Of a DNA stretch of 64,000 nucleotides, positions 30,612-39,746 are shown piece after piece (the first letter of the stretch is position 1; each line of letters opens with the position of its first letter). The notes beneath the pieces were generated by a model, which was not told the origin of the DNA, made no database searches, and was given only the letters and a program-made list of their open reading frames with translations. Source of the DNA: Elusimicrobiales bacterium (GTDB lineage: Bacteria > Elusimicrobiota > Elusimicrobia > Elusimicrobiales > UBA9959); assembly GCA_050174915.1 (NCBI GenBank), contig JBFXJL010000007.1, positions 44,036 to 108,035 of the forward strand, in the 5' to 3' direction. The translations under genes and the position numbers were made by a program.

Positions 30612-30962
30612 TTAAAACTTCTTCAGGACCGCTTCGAGCTCTTCGTACATGAAAGGTTTGTGCAGGATGCCGGCCGCGCCCTTCTCCAGTAGCTCGCCGG
30701 TGATCGGGCCCTGCTGCACGGCGGTCACCATGACCACGCGCGCGGCGGGGTCCAGGGCGCGGATCTCCTGCAGGGCTTCCAGGCCGGACTTGCCCGGCAT
30801 GATGAGGTCCATCAGCACCAGCTCGGGTTTCTGCTGCCGGTAGGCTTCGATGGCTTCGTCACCGGTCTCCGCTTCGCCGGTGATCTCGTGACCCATCTCG
30901 GTCAGCAGGTCCTTTATCATGGACCTGGTGAGGATGTTGTCGTCCACGATCAGTATCTTCAT
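30612..30962 (-). CDS. Single-domain CheY-like response regulator
   Basis: ILIVDD, MDLIMP, MVTA, KPF. Confidence 0.9.
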   Translation of the reverse strand: MKILIVDDNILTRSMIKDLLTEMGHEITGEAETGDEAIEAYRQQKPELVLMDLIMPGKSGLEALQEIRALDPAARVVMVTAVQQGPITGELLEKGAAGILHKPFMYEELEAVLKKF

Positions 30963-31033
30963 AATTTTCCCTTTCGCTCCCGGCCGCTGTCCGGGCCGGG
31001 GCGGCCCACAAAGATTATATTATAAAAGCGCGT

Positions 31034-31468
31034 TTAGCGCGCCGGGTATAGTTTCTTCAGCAGCGCCGCGGTGCGCTCGTTCATGCGGCGGCGCAGGGCC
31101 GGGGTGGCGTCGTCCATGCCGGCCAGGTGCAGCGCGCCGTGCAGGCTGAGCACCAGCAGTTCGGTCAGCGGCGAGTGGCCCAGGGCCGCGGCCTGGCTCC
31201 TGGCCACCGGCAGGCAGACGTAGATCTCTCCCCACGGGAAACCCGGCACCGGGGCCGGGGGGAGGTTGAAAGCGATGACGTCGGTGAGCCGGTCCTTGCC
31301 GAGGAAGCGGCGGTTGAGCCGCTTGATGCCGGGGCCGCCGGTGAAGATCAAATTGACCTGATTGCGGGAGAATTTCCCCAGGCCTAGCGCGACCGCCCTG
31401 GCCGCCGGTTTTTTCGCGCCCTTGGCCCAGGCCGGTTCGGGAGTTTCAAAGAATACGCTGACCGGCAT
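31034..31468 (-). CDS. ybeY: rRNA maturation RNase YbeY
   Basis: LNRRF..KD..TDVIAF, GEIYV, HGALHLAG; downstream of phoH. Confidence 0.88.
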   Translation of the reverse strand: MPVSVFFETPEPAWAKGAKKPAARAVALGLGKFSRNQVNLIFTGGPGIKRLNRRFLGKDRLTDVIAFNLPPAPVPGFPWGEIYVCLPVARSQAAALGHSPLTELLVLSLHGALHLAGMDDATPALRRRMNERTAALLKKLYPAR

Positions 31469-32411
31469 CGGGATGCTCCTCTTCCCAGCTCTCGTAGGCG
31501 GCCAGGATATTCTTTACCAGCGGGTGGCGGGCCACGTCTTTGGCGCTGAAATTAACGAACTTGACGCCCTCGGTCTTCTTCAGGATCTCGCGGGCCAGCA
31601 CGAGGCCGGAGCGGTCCTTCTCGCGGATGTCGATCTGCGTGGCGTCGCCGGTCACCACCACGCGCGAGTACATGCCCATGCGCGTCAGGAACATCTTCAT
31701 CTGTTCGGGCAGCGTGTTCTGGGCCTCGTCGAGGATGATAAAGGCGTTCTCCAGCGTGCGGCCGCGCATGTAGGCCAGCGGCACGGTCTCTATCACCTCG
31801 TCGTTGCGCAGCGACCGGAACCGGTCGGGGCCCAGCAGCGCGTGAAAGGCGTCGTAGAGCGGGCGCAGGTAGGGGTGCACTTTCTCCGAGACGTCGCCGG
31901 GCAGGTAGCCCAGCTTTTCGCCGGCCTCCACTATGGGGCGGGTCAGGATGACGCGCTTCACTTCCCCGGCGCGCAGGGCGCGCAGGGCGCAGGCGGCGGC
32001 CAGAAAGGTCTTGCCCGTGCCCGCCGGCCCCACGCCGAAGACCAGGTCCCGGGCGAGGATGGCGTCCACGTATTTCTTCTGGGCGTCGGAGCGGGGGCGG
32101 ATGAGCTCGCCGAAATGCGTCTTGTAGACGGTGCCCTCAGGCAGTTCGGGCGACTCGGGCTGGCGGCCTTCCTCGGGGCCCAGGCGCGCCGCGTAGAACG
32201 CCTCCAGCGTGGCGCGGATGCGGGCCACGGTCCGCTCGGCGGCGGCGGGCGTGCCCTTTATCGTCAGGTCCGCGCTCTCGGTCTCGGGGTGCTGGCGCAC
32301 GAAGATCTGCACCTTCAGACGGCGCTCCAGGTCGCGCAGGCCTTCGTCCCGCTCGCCGAGGATGACCAGGATCTCCTCCCGGTTCTTCAGTTTGAACTTG
32401 CGCCCTTCCAT
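31446..32411 (-). CDS. phoH: PhoH-family ATPase (YbeZ-like)
   Basis: GPAGTGKT, LTRPIVEAGE.LG.LPGD, YMRGRT, DEAQN. Confidence 0.94.
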   Translation of the reverse strand: MEGRKFKLKNREEILVILGERDEGLRDLERRLKVQIFVRQHPETESADLTIKGTPAAAERTVARIRATLEAFYAARLGPEEGRQPESPELPEGTVYKTHFGELIRPRSDAQKKYVDAILARDLVFGVGPAGTGKTFLAAACALRALRAGEVKRVILTRPIVEAGEKLGYLPGDVSEKVHPYLRPLYDAFHALLGPDRFRSLRNDEVIETVPLAYMRGRTLENAFIILDEAQNTLPEQMKMFLTRMGMYSRVVVTGDATQIDIREKDRSGLVLAREILKKTEGVKFVNFSAKDVARHPLVKNILAAYESWEEEHPDAGQRIL

Positions 32412-32418
32412 CGCGGTC

Positions 32419-33627
32419 CTATTGCCACTTGGAGATGCCGCGCGGGATCACCACGATGCCGTCGGGATCTATGTAGTAGCGCTGCGCGTCGTGCTCCTGG
32501 CTGTAGCCTATGGTCGTCTTGGCCTCGATGGTATTGTAGCGGTCCATGATGACCTTCTTGAGGCGGCTGCCGGCCTTGATCTCGCAGGCGTCCATGATGA
32601 TGCAGTCCTCGAGCTGGCACTTCTCATGCACGATCACGTCGTTGGAGAGGATGCAGCGCTTGAGCGAGGACTGGTGGATGATGCAGCCGTCGGCCACCAG
32701 GCAGTCCTGCAGGTTGGACTCTATGATCTTGGTCGGGGCGGTGGTCTTGCGGGCGTCCTGGATGGGCCAGGCCTTGTTGTTGAGGTCCAGCTTGGGCTTG
32801 GCGCCGAGCAGGTCCATGTGCGTCTGCCAGAAAGCCTCCAGCGTGCCCACGTCGCGCCAGTAGTTCTTCTCCTCGTAGGCCTTGGTGCCGGGCAGCTTCT
32901 GGTCGCCGTAGTTGTAGGCGAAGACGCGGTAGCGTTTGTGGATATTGGGCAGGATCGTCTTGCCGAAGTCGAGCGCGGCGGCGTCCCCGGATTCCTCGTG
33001 CAGGATCTTCACCAGCGCGTCGTAGCTGAAGATGTAGTTGCCCATCGAGGCGTAGGCCGCGTTGGGATTGCCGGGGATGGGCTTGGGGTTCTTGGGCTTC
33101 TCCTCGAAACCGGTCACCTTGTTCTTGGCGTCCACCAGGACCGTGCCGAAGCGGCTGGCCTGCTTGAGGGGCACCGTGAGCGCGGAGATGGTGACGTCGG
33201 CCTTATTGGCCACGTGGAAGTCTATCATCTGGCGGATGTCCATGCGGTAGATGTGGTCCGCGCCGAAGACCGCCACCAGGTCGGGCTTGTGGTCGGTGAT
33301 CAGGTTCATGTTCTGCTTCACCGCGTCGGCCGTGCCGCGGTACCACACCTCGCCCAGGCGCATCTGCGGGGGCACCACCGTGATGAAGTGCTCTTTCGTG
33401 ATGCCGCCCAGGTTCCACGTCGAGCGCAGGTATTCGATGAGCGACTGGGACATGTACTGCACCAGCACGTAGTTGGAATAGATGCCGGAATTGATGAAGT
33501 TGGACAGCACGAAGTCGATGATGCGGTATTTCCCGCCGAACGGTACCGCCGGCTTCGAGCGCTCCTTGGTGAGCGGATACAGCCGCTCGCCTTTGCCGCC
33601 CGCCATTATGATGCCTATGGTTCTCAT
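32419..33627 (-). CDS. glgC: Glucose-1-phosphate adenylyltransferase
   Basis: AGGKGERLYPLT..RSKPAVPFGG.YRIIDF, WYRGTADAV, EEKP, ASMGNY, YWRDVGT. Confidence 0.96.
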   Translation of the reverse strand: MRTIGIIMAGGKGERLYPLTKERSKPAVPFGGKYRIIDFVLSNFINSGIYSNYVLVQYMSQSLIEYLRSTWNLGGITKEHFITVVPPQMRLGEVWYRGTADAVKQNMNLITDHKPDLVAVFGADHIYRMDIRQMIDFHVANKADVTISALTVPLKQASRFGTVLVDAKNKVTGFEEKPKNPKPIPGNPNAAYASMGNYIFSYDALVKILHEESGDAAALDFGKTILPNIHKRYRVFAYNYGDQKLPGTKAYEEKNYWRDVGTLEAFWQTHMDLLGAKPKLDLNNKAWPIQDARKTTAPTKIIESNLQDCLVADGCIIHQSSLKRCILSNDVIVHEKCQLEDCIIMDACEIKAGSRLKKVIMDRYNTIEAKTTIGYSQEHDAQRYYIDPDGIVVIPRGISKWQ

Positions 33628-33655
33628 TTAGCCCCCTTGTAGTGGTATGTCATCG

Positions 33656-34354
33656 TCAGCTGATCGCGTCCATTATCTCGCGCAGGTCCCGGCCCAGGCA
33701 GAGCAGCACGGGCTTGTCGGAACAGGTGTAATTCTTGATGCGCTGCTGGCGCAGCTCGTGCGTGGCGGCGGTCAGGTCCTCCAGGGACTTGGCCTCGCGG
33801 GCCACGATCATGTCCGGCTCGTCGAGGCCGTAGGACAGGAAGAAGTTCTCCTGTATGTCGTGGTAGCGCGAGACCACCTGCGCGCGCTCGGCCGTCAGCT
33901 TCTCCCGCTCGGCGTCGGACAGCTCGTACCAGGTATGCGCCTTGATCACCGGGTGCAGCAGCATGTAGCGGTAGCGCCCGAAGGTGTCCTTGGGCAGGAA
34001 GCCGAAATCCAGGTCCTTCCTGGGCAGCGCGGGGTCCGGCCCCTGGTGCACGCCTAGGTAGCAGAACGAGGGCGTCATGTAGCGCCCGGCGCCGGCGGAG
34101 AAAGTGCGGGCGCAGACCTCCTGCAGGTAGGGCAGGTCGTCGGACATGCGCCAGAAGAGGATGTCGGAGTCGGAGCGCAGGCCCGAGACCATGTAGGTGC
34201 GCAGGAACAGCTTCTCCTGCGCGGTGCCCACCATGTTCTCGAATTCCTGCTTGGCCGCTATCTTCTCGTTGGAGATGAGCCGGCGGAACTCGGGCTGCAG
34301 CTTGACCAGCATGAAGCTGGAGTAGATGTTAGCGTATCTTTTTGTTTTTTCCAT
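33656..34354 (-). CDS. Chlorite dismutase / coproheme decarboxylase family protein, divergent
   Basis: Y.VSGLRSDSDILFW, P.IK..WY.L...R, SYGLD, ELR pattern; proximal His appears replaced. Confidence 0.72.
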   Translation of the reverse strand: MEKTKRYANIYSSFMLVKLQPEFRRLISNEKIAAKQEFENMVGTAQEKLFLRTYMVSGLRSDSDILFWRMSDDLPYLQEVCARTFSAGAGRYMTPSFCYLGVHQGPDPALPRKDLDFGFLPKDTFGRYRYMLLHPVIKAHTWYELSDAEREKLTAERAQVVSRYHDIQENFFLSYGLDEPDMIVAREAKSLEDLTAATHELRQQRIKNYTCSDKPVLLCLGRDLREIMDAIS

Positions 34355-35213
34355 CTTTGGCCTCCACGGCGCCGGGCGGCTGCAGGTAGACCGAACTGTG
34401 GCCGAGGATCTCGGTCTCCAGCGCGGTCTCGAGGCCGGTCTTGACCTCGGTGATCAGGAAGCGCCGGCCGCCGGAGCTCACCAGGTGGGCCCGCGGCACC
34501 AGCATGGCGTCCTCGCTCTTGCCGACGAACAGGGTGCCGTCGAACTGCTCCCCGATCTTGATGCCGTCCTTGAGGTCCGTGACCTCCAGCCACAGGCGGT
34601 TGTAGAGCGGCGAGCCCTTCAGCTTCAGGAAATTGACCAGCCGGGTGTCGAACTCCGCCCCCGTGCGGGCATGGCTGACCTTGGCGGTCATGCCCGCCCC
34701 GAGCGCGGAATAGAGCGGCTCGGTGTTCCTGCCTATGACGACCACCTTTTTCGCTATGGTGAAAAGCCGGTCGCCCTTGTTGACCTTGGTGCGGGGCTCG
34801 GCGTAGACGTTGGTGACCACGCCCTGCGTTTCGGGCTTGATCTCGGTGTACTCGTAGACGTCCTTCCAGCGCCGCGCGGTCTGCTTGCGCGAGTCCTCCG
34901 GCGAGGAGTCCAGCAGCGCGGCCATCTCGGTGGAGACCATGCGGGCCAGGATCGTCCTGGTGGTGGCGAAGCTGAACAGCTCGGAGTGGATCTCCTCCAC
35001 GCGGCCGTCGAACGGGGCGAAGACGTCGTAGGTCTCCTGCGCGGTGGTGATGCCGGTCACCGGCGTGACCACGGTGATGTCGCCGGTCTTGATGGCGCGC
35101 TGCGCCGCCCCTTCCCAGGCGGGGGGCTCCGCGGGGGCGGCGGGGGCTTTCTGGGCCAGGGCCGGCCCGGCCAGCAGCAGAAGCGCGGCGGCGCTAAGCA
35201 GTTTTCTTTTCAT
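34329..35213 (-). CDS. Exported membrane-fusion (RND adaptor)-like protein
   Basis: Signal peptide; APFDGRV and GVVTNV..V.KGD.LF lipoyl half-motifs; AMLVP...V.TGL membrane-proximal motif. Confidence 0.6.
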   Translation of the reverse strand: MKRKLLSAAALLLLAGPALAQKAPAAPAEPPAWEGAAQRAIKTGDITVVTPVTGITTAQETYDVFAPFDGRVEEIHSELFSFATTRTILARMVSTEMAALLDSSPEDSRKQTARRWKDVYEYTEIKPETQGVVTNVYAEPRTKVNKGDRLFTIAKKVVVIGRNTEPLYSALGAGMTAKVSHARTGAEFDTRLVNFLKLKGSPLYNRLWLEVTDLKDGIKIGEQFDGTLFVGKSEDAMLVPRAHLVSSGGRRFLITEVKTGLETALETEILGHSSVYLQPPGAVEAKDGKNKKIR

Positions 35214-35892
35214 TGAGTTTGGCGTAGGCTTCCCAGGTCCACGGCATTTTGGCCTTGAAAATCTCCTGTATGGCCTCGGCGTAGCGGCGGATCTCCCACT
35301 GCGCGTGGCTGTCGGCCCGCAGGCTGATGAAGTTCAGCAGGCTGCGCGCGTTGATGCTCCAGTAGAACTGCGTGTACTGCGCCACCGGCAGCACCATGCG
35401 CGCCATCTCGCGGGCCGCGCCGGCGTCCAGCAGTTCCTTGTAGGATTCGTAGGAGGCCTTGACGGCCTTGTCGTAGATGGCCAGCATCTTCTCCTGCTGC
35501 AGCGAGGCGCCGGGCAGCGAGCCCTGGCGGTTGCTGCGGTCCTGCGCCCTGAACTCCGAGGGGTAGTAGAACTCGTCGTGCACCTCGGTGTAGCGGGCGG
35601 AGATCTCGTTGTACGAGGCGATGCGGTGGCGCATCCACTGCCGCGCCACGAAGATGGGGCACTTGATGTGGAACTGGAAGACCGAATGCTCGAAGGGGCT
35701 GAAATGGCCGTGCTCGAGCAGGTACTCGATGAGCTTGCGGTCGGCGGCCTCGCCCTTGGAGACGGAGCCGAAGGAGACGCGGGCCGAGTCCACGGCGCGC
35801 TGGTCGCCGCCCATGAACTCCACGAGCTTCACAAAACCGTTGTCGAGGACCTTGAAGAGGTCCTGTCCCGCCTTTATCCCTGTTTCAGCCAT
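35194..35892 (-). CDS. thyX: FAD-dependent thymidylate synthase
   Basis: H.SPFEH, RHRIASYNEISARY, EMARMVLP, HAQWEIR. Confidence 0.96.
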   Translation of the reverse strand: MAETGIKAGQDLFKVLDNGFVKLVEFMGGDQRAVDSARVSFGSVSKGEAADRKLIEYLLEHGHFSPFEHSVFQFHIKCPIFVARQWMRHRIASYNEISARYTEVHDEFYYPSEFRAQDRSNRQGSLPGASLQQEKMLAIYDKAVKASYESYKELLDAGAAREMARMVLPVAQYTQFYWSINARSLLNFISLRADSHAQWEIRRYAEAIQEIFKAKMPWTWEAYAKLNEKKTA

Positions 35893-35966
35893 GCGCCCTC
35901 CGCGGGCCGCGCCCGCATTATTTTTTTGTGGAAATGCGATAAAATTATATACTTTTAAACGCGCTT

Positions 35967-36431
35967 ATGAAAGACGCCTCTAAAATCAAACCCTCCCTCA
36001 GACCCTCCGCCGCCGGGGCCAGGCTCGCCCGCAGCGGCAGCCTGCGCTCGCTGGACCGCATCATGAAGATCCTGCTGGACCCTGGCGGCTGTCCGTGGGA
36101 CCGCCGCCAGACCCACGCCACGCTGGTCAAGTACCTGCGCGAGGAAGCCGGCGAGGTGGCCTGCGCCGTGCGCAAGAAGGACTGGCGCAACCTCAAAGAG
36201 GAACTGGGCGACGTGCTGCTGCAGGTGGTCTTCCACAGCGAGCTGGCCCGCCGCGCCGGCCGCTTCACGCTGGCCGACGTGATCCGCACGGTGAATTCCA
36301 AAATGGTGCGCCGCCACCCGCACGTGTTCGGCCGCGCCGGCAAGCTGTCCACCCCGGCCCAGGTGCTGCTCGAGTGGGCGAAGATAAAGAAAGCCGAGAA
36401 AAGCCGCGCCGCCTCCAGGAAAAAAGCTTGA
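35967..36431 (+). CDS. mazG: Single-domain MazG nucleotide pyrophosphohydrolase
   Basis: GCPWDR.QTH, EE..E, EELGDVLLQVVFH, RRHPHVF. Confidence 0.88.
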   Translation: MKDASKIKPSLRPSAAGARLARSGSLRSLDRIMKILLDPGGCPWDRRQTHATLVKYLREEAGEVACAVRKKDWRNLKEELGDVLLQVVFHSELARRAGRFTLADVIRTVNSKMVRRHPHVFGRAGKLSTPAQVLLEWAKIKKAEKSRAASRKKA

Positions 36432-37894
36432 ACCCGCGCAGGCTGGCGCGGCTTATCTTCCCCGGCTTCCGCTTCGGTGCCAGCGACCCCGAGCGGGCGC
36501 TGCGGCTCGCCGGGATCGGCGTGGGCGGCTTCTGCTTCTACGGCGGCTCTGCCGCCGAGGTCCGCCAACTTTCCCTGGCGCTCAAGGCCGCCTCGCAGAC
36601 CCCGCTGCTGATAGCTTCCGATTACGAGAACGGCGCCGGCCAGTGGGTGCGCGGCGCCACCGCGCTGCCGTCCAACATGGCCCTCGGCGCCTCGGGCGCC
36701 GCCGCGCTGGCCCGCCGCAAGGGCGAGATCACCGCGCTGGAGGCCAGGGCGCTCGGCGTGGACTGGGTGTTCGCCCCGGTGCTGGACCTGGCCACCCGCC
36801 CCGACAACCCCATCGTCAACGTGCGCGCCTACGGCGCCGACCCAGGGCTGGCCACCAGCCTGGCCGAAGCCTATATGCAGGGCCTGAACTCGCAGGGCGC
36901 CCTCTCCTGCGTCAAACATTTTCCCGGCCACGGCGGCACCGCCGCCGACTCCCACCTGGAACTGCCGGCGGTGGGCAGGAACCTGACCGCGCTGGAAGAG
37001 CTGGAATTGCGCCCCTTCGCCGCGCTGGCGCGCCGCGCCGACGCCGTAATGGCGGCCCACCTGATGCTGCCGGAGCTGGACCCGGCCGCGCCCGCTTCCC
37101 TTTCCGCAGGGATACTCACCGGCCTGCTGCGCGGGCGGCTGGGCTTTGGCGGCCTGATAGTCACCGACGCGCTGGAGATGAAGGCCGTCTCTGTCGACCC
37201 TGGCGCCGGAGTGCGGGCCTTCCTGGCCGGCGCCGACGCGCTGCTGGTGCCCGACGAGCCCGAGGCGCTGCACGGCAGGCTGGCCCAGGCTTTTAACGAT
37301 GGCGTAATTACCCCGGCCGCGGTGGAGGCCGCGCTGGCGCGCCATGACGCGCTGGTGCGCAAGCTGGGGCCTTTCCGTTCCTCGCCCGCCCCGTCCGACG
37401 CGCTGCGTTGCCCGGAACACCTGGCTTTCAACGCCGAGGCCGCTCCCGCCTGCCTGGCCTGGGCCTCGGGCGGCAGGTTCGGAGTGAAGCCCGGGGAAAC
37501 GCTGGGCTATCTGGAGCCGCTTACCGCCCCCGCCGACTGGAAGGGAGCGGCCTTCGCCGCGGCGCTGACAGCGCTGGGCGTGCGCGTGGAGCCATACCGG
37601 CCCGGCCTGCGGCTGGCGGCCGGCTGCTTCGCCGGTCCCCGCGCCGGCAGCGGCCTCATAGATCTTTCCCCCGAAGCGCGGCGTGAGCTGGAGGCGGCTA
37701 TCGCCTCGGCCTCCGACTCCGTAGTGCTGGCTTTCGGCAGTCCTTTCGTGCTCGACGGCCTGGCGCCCTCGGCCGGCCTTTGCGCTTTCTGTCCGCTGGA
37801 GGAGTTCCAGCGCGCCGCCGCGCTGGCGCTGGCCGGCAAGATAAAGGCCGGCGGAACCATGCCGGTAACCGTGTCCCTGAGGGAGAAAAAATGA
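36428..37894 (+). CDS. nagZ: GH3 beta-N-acetylhexosaminidase (NagZ-like)
   Basis: DYENG, FAPVLD, KHFPGHG...DSH, VTDALEM; probable TTG start overlapping the mazG stop. Confidence 0.82.
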   Translation: MNPRRLARLIFPGFRFGASDPERALRLAGIGVGGFCFYGGSAAEVRQLSLALKAASQTPLLIASDYENGAGQWVRGATALPSNMALGASGAAALARRKGEITALEARALGVDWVFAPVLDLATRPDNPIVNVRAYGADPGLATSLAEAYMQGLNSQGALSCVKHFPGHGGTAADSHLELPAVGRNLTALEELELRPFAALARRADAVMAAHLMLPELDPAAPASLSAGILTGLLRGRLGFGGLIVTDALEMKAVSVDPGAGVRAFLAGADALLVPDEPEALHGRLAQAFNDGVITPAAVEAALARHDALVRKLGPFRSSPAPSDALRCPEHLAFNAEAAPACLAWASGGRFGVKPGETLGYLEPLTAPADWKGAAFAAALTALGVRVEPYRPGLRLAAGCFAGPRAGSGLIDLSPEARRELEAAIASASDSVVLAFGSPFVLDGLAPSAGLCAFCPLEEFQRAAALALAGKIKAGGTMPVTVSLREKK

Positions 37895-39369
37895 ACGAGA
37901 TCGCATCCTTACAGCAGATAACAGGGCTGGCCCCGCTGGATTACGGCATACTCGGGGCCGCCGTCATCGCCCTGTTCGTCATCGCCTTCGTCAAGGGGAA
38001 GGGGGAGAAGGACACCAAGGATTATTTCCTCGGCAACCGCAAGACGCCGGTCTGGGTGGGCACGCTCTCTTTCGTGGCCACCGAGATCAGCGCCATGACC
38101 ATAGTGGGCATACCGCCGATAGGCTACACCGAGAACTGGCAGTACCTGCAGTTCTTCATCGGCTCGGCTTCGGCGCGCGTGCTGATCGCTTTCTTCTTCA
38201 TCCCGGCCTTCTACAAGTTCAACTGTACCACCATTTACGAGTTCCTCAAGCACCGCTTCGGCCCGCAGACGCAGTACGCGGGCTCGGCCTTCTTCTTCGT
38301 CACGCGGCTGTTCGCCTCCGGCGTGCGGCTGTACGCGGCCTCGCTGGCCGTGTCCGTCATCATGGGCTGGCAGCTGGGTTACACGATAGCGTTCTTCACG
38401 CTGGTCAGCATCATCTTCATCGGCTTCGGCGGCATCAAGGCCGTGATGTGGACCGGCGCTTTCGAGACGGTGATCTTCTACGTGGCCGGGCTCGCGGTTG
38501 CCGGCTACCTAGTGCTGCATATCGACGGCGGCCTGGGCGGGGCCTGGCAGCTGGCCTCGGAAGCCGGCAAGCTGTCGGTGTTCAACGTGGGCTGGGGGCT
38601 GAAGGACCCGAACCTGCTGTGGGCGGCGGTGCTCAACGGCATCTTCGGTTCGATGGCGGCCTTCGGCACGGACCAGGAGCTGATGCAGCGCCTGCTCACG
38701 CTGGAGACGCGCCGCGAGAGCCAGAAGACGCTGATCCTCACCATCTTCACCAGTTTCCCGGTGACCTGGCTGTACCTGGCGCTCGGCACGCTGCTGTTCG
38801 CCTTCTACGGGCAGAATCCGGCGCTGCCGCTACCCGAGAACGCCGACAAGATCCTGTCGCATTTTACGGTGCACGTGCTGCCGGCGGGCCTGAAGGGCCT
38901 GGTGCTGACGGCGGTGGTGCTGGCCAGCATAGACTCGCCGCTCAGCTCGCTGTCGTCTTCCTTCATAACGGATATCTACCGGCCGCTGATAAAACAGGAG
39001 GGCAGCGAGCGGCATTACCTGCTGGCCTCCAGGCTGAGCGTGCTGTGCTTCGGCCTGCTGCTGGCCGGCATAGCCTGGCTGTGCGCGGCGGGTTCCGGGC
39101 GCATGCTGTGGCTGGCTTTCAAGATCAACGGCGTGACGGCGGGCAGCCTGCTGGGCGTGTTCCTGCTGGGCCTGATGACCAGGCGCGAGGGCAACCGCAC
39201 CAACGTGGTCGCCATGCTGTTCAGCGCGGCGCTGGCCGGGCTGGTGCTCTATCTTTCCGAGACGGGGCGCGCGCCCATCGGCTGGAGCTGGGTGATAGTC
39301 ATCGGCACCGTCAGCACTTTCTCGGTGGCCTGGCTGCTGGCCCCGCTCGAAGCGAAGTTCAAGAAGTAG
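37891..39369 (+). CDS. Sodium:solute symporter family transporter
   Basis: DYFLG, SFVATEISA, TIYEFL..RFG, GGIKAV.WT, DQ..MQR; many TMs; ATG 37891 with RBS. Confidence 0.9.
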   Translation: MNEIASLQQITGLAPLDYGILGAAVIALFVIAFVKGKGEKDTKDYFLGNRKTPVWVGTLSFVATEISAMTIVGIPPIGYTENWQYLQFFIGSASARVLIAFFFIPAFYKFNCTTIYEFLKHRFGPQTQYAGSAFFFVTRLFASGVRLYAASLAVSVIMGWQLGYTIAFFTLVSIIFIGFGGIKAVMWTGAFETVIFYVAGLAVAGYLVLHIDGGLGGAWQLASEAGKLSVFNVGWGLKDPNLLWAAVLNGIFGSMAAFGTDQELMQRLLTLETRRESQKTLILTIFTSFPVTWLYLALGTLLFAFYGQNPALPLPENADKILSHFTVHVLPAGLKGLVLTAVVLASIDSPLSSLSSSFITDIYRPLIKQEGSERHYLLASRLSVLCFGLLLAGIAWLCAAGSGRMLWLAFKINGVTAGSLLGVFLLGLMTRREGNRTNVVAMLFSAALAGLVLYLSETGRAPIGWSWVIVIGTVSTFSVAWLLAPLEAKFKK

Positions 39370-39397
39370 AAAAGCGGACATAGGTGCGCGTGGGCAC

Positions 39398-39534
39398 CGA
39401 TTCGCCACGGGCACAGGGCCCGTCAAGAACGTGGTCTCGCACACCGTGCTCGCCACTCCCCGTCTCGGCCCTCGCGCTTACGCAAGCTCGGGCCTCCGAC
39501 AGGGTCTTGCCGACCCTGTGCCCGCTGCAAATCG
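39398..39534 (+). repeat. Structured intergenic repeat family 1, subtype beta (copy C)
   Basis: Outer stem CGGGCACAGGG / CCCTGTGCCCG; internal GCACACCGTGC and GCGCTTACGCAAGC. Confidence 0.85.
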
Positions 39535-39537
39535 AAA

Positions 39538-39688
39538 GACCCGACGAGGGTATGCCCTCGCAGGGGCCTCGCGTAGGCGAGGCTTGCGTAGCGCCGCGTG
39601 GAGCGAAGTGACACTTTCTTGCCGGAGCGAAAGAGCGAGGCCACGGTGTGGCCGAGCGTACCCGGAGAGGGCGTCCCCTTGGCGGGTC
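39538..39688 (-). repeat. Structured intergenic repeat family 1, subtype alpha (copy E)
   Basis: Reverse complement contains TCCGGGTACGCTCGGCCACACCGTGGCCTCGCTCTTTCGCT, identical to copy A, plus an insertion of about 20 nt. Confidence 0.85.
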
Positions 39689-39701
39689 CTGGATATAAAG
39701 C

Positions 39702-39730
39702 AAAAACCCCGCGGTGTCGCGGGGTTTTTG
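39702..39730. terminator. Bidirectional intrinsic terminator
   Basis: AAAAACCCCGCG-gtgt-CGCGGGGTTTTT between convergent genes. Confidence 0.85.
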
Positions 39731-39746
39731 TTTGAACCGGAAAGTA

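Noticed and set aside
31034-31468. YbeY third metal His replaced (GMDD)
   Set aside because: A single substitution to another potential metal ligand in an otherwise normal gene; not enough to call unusual.
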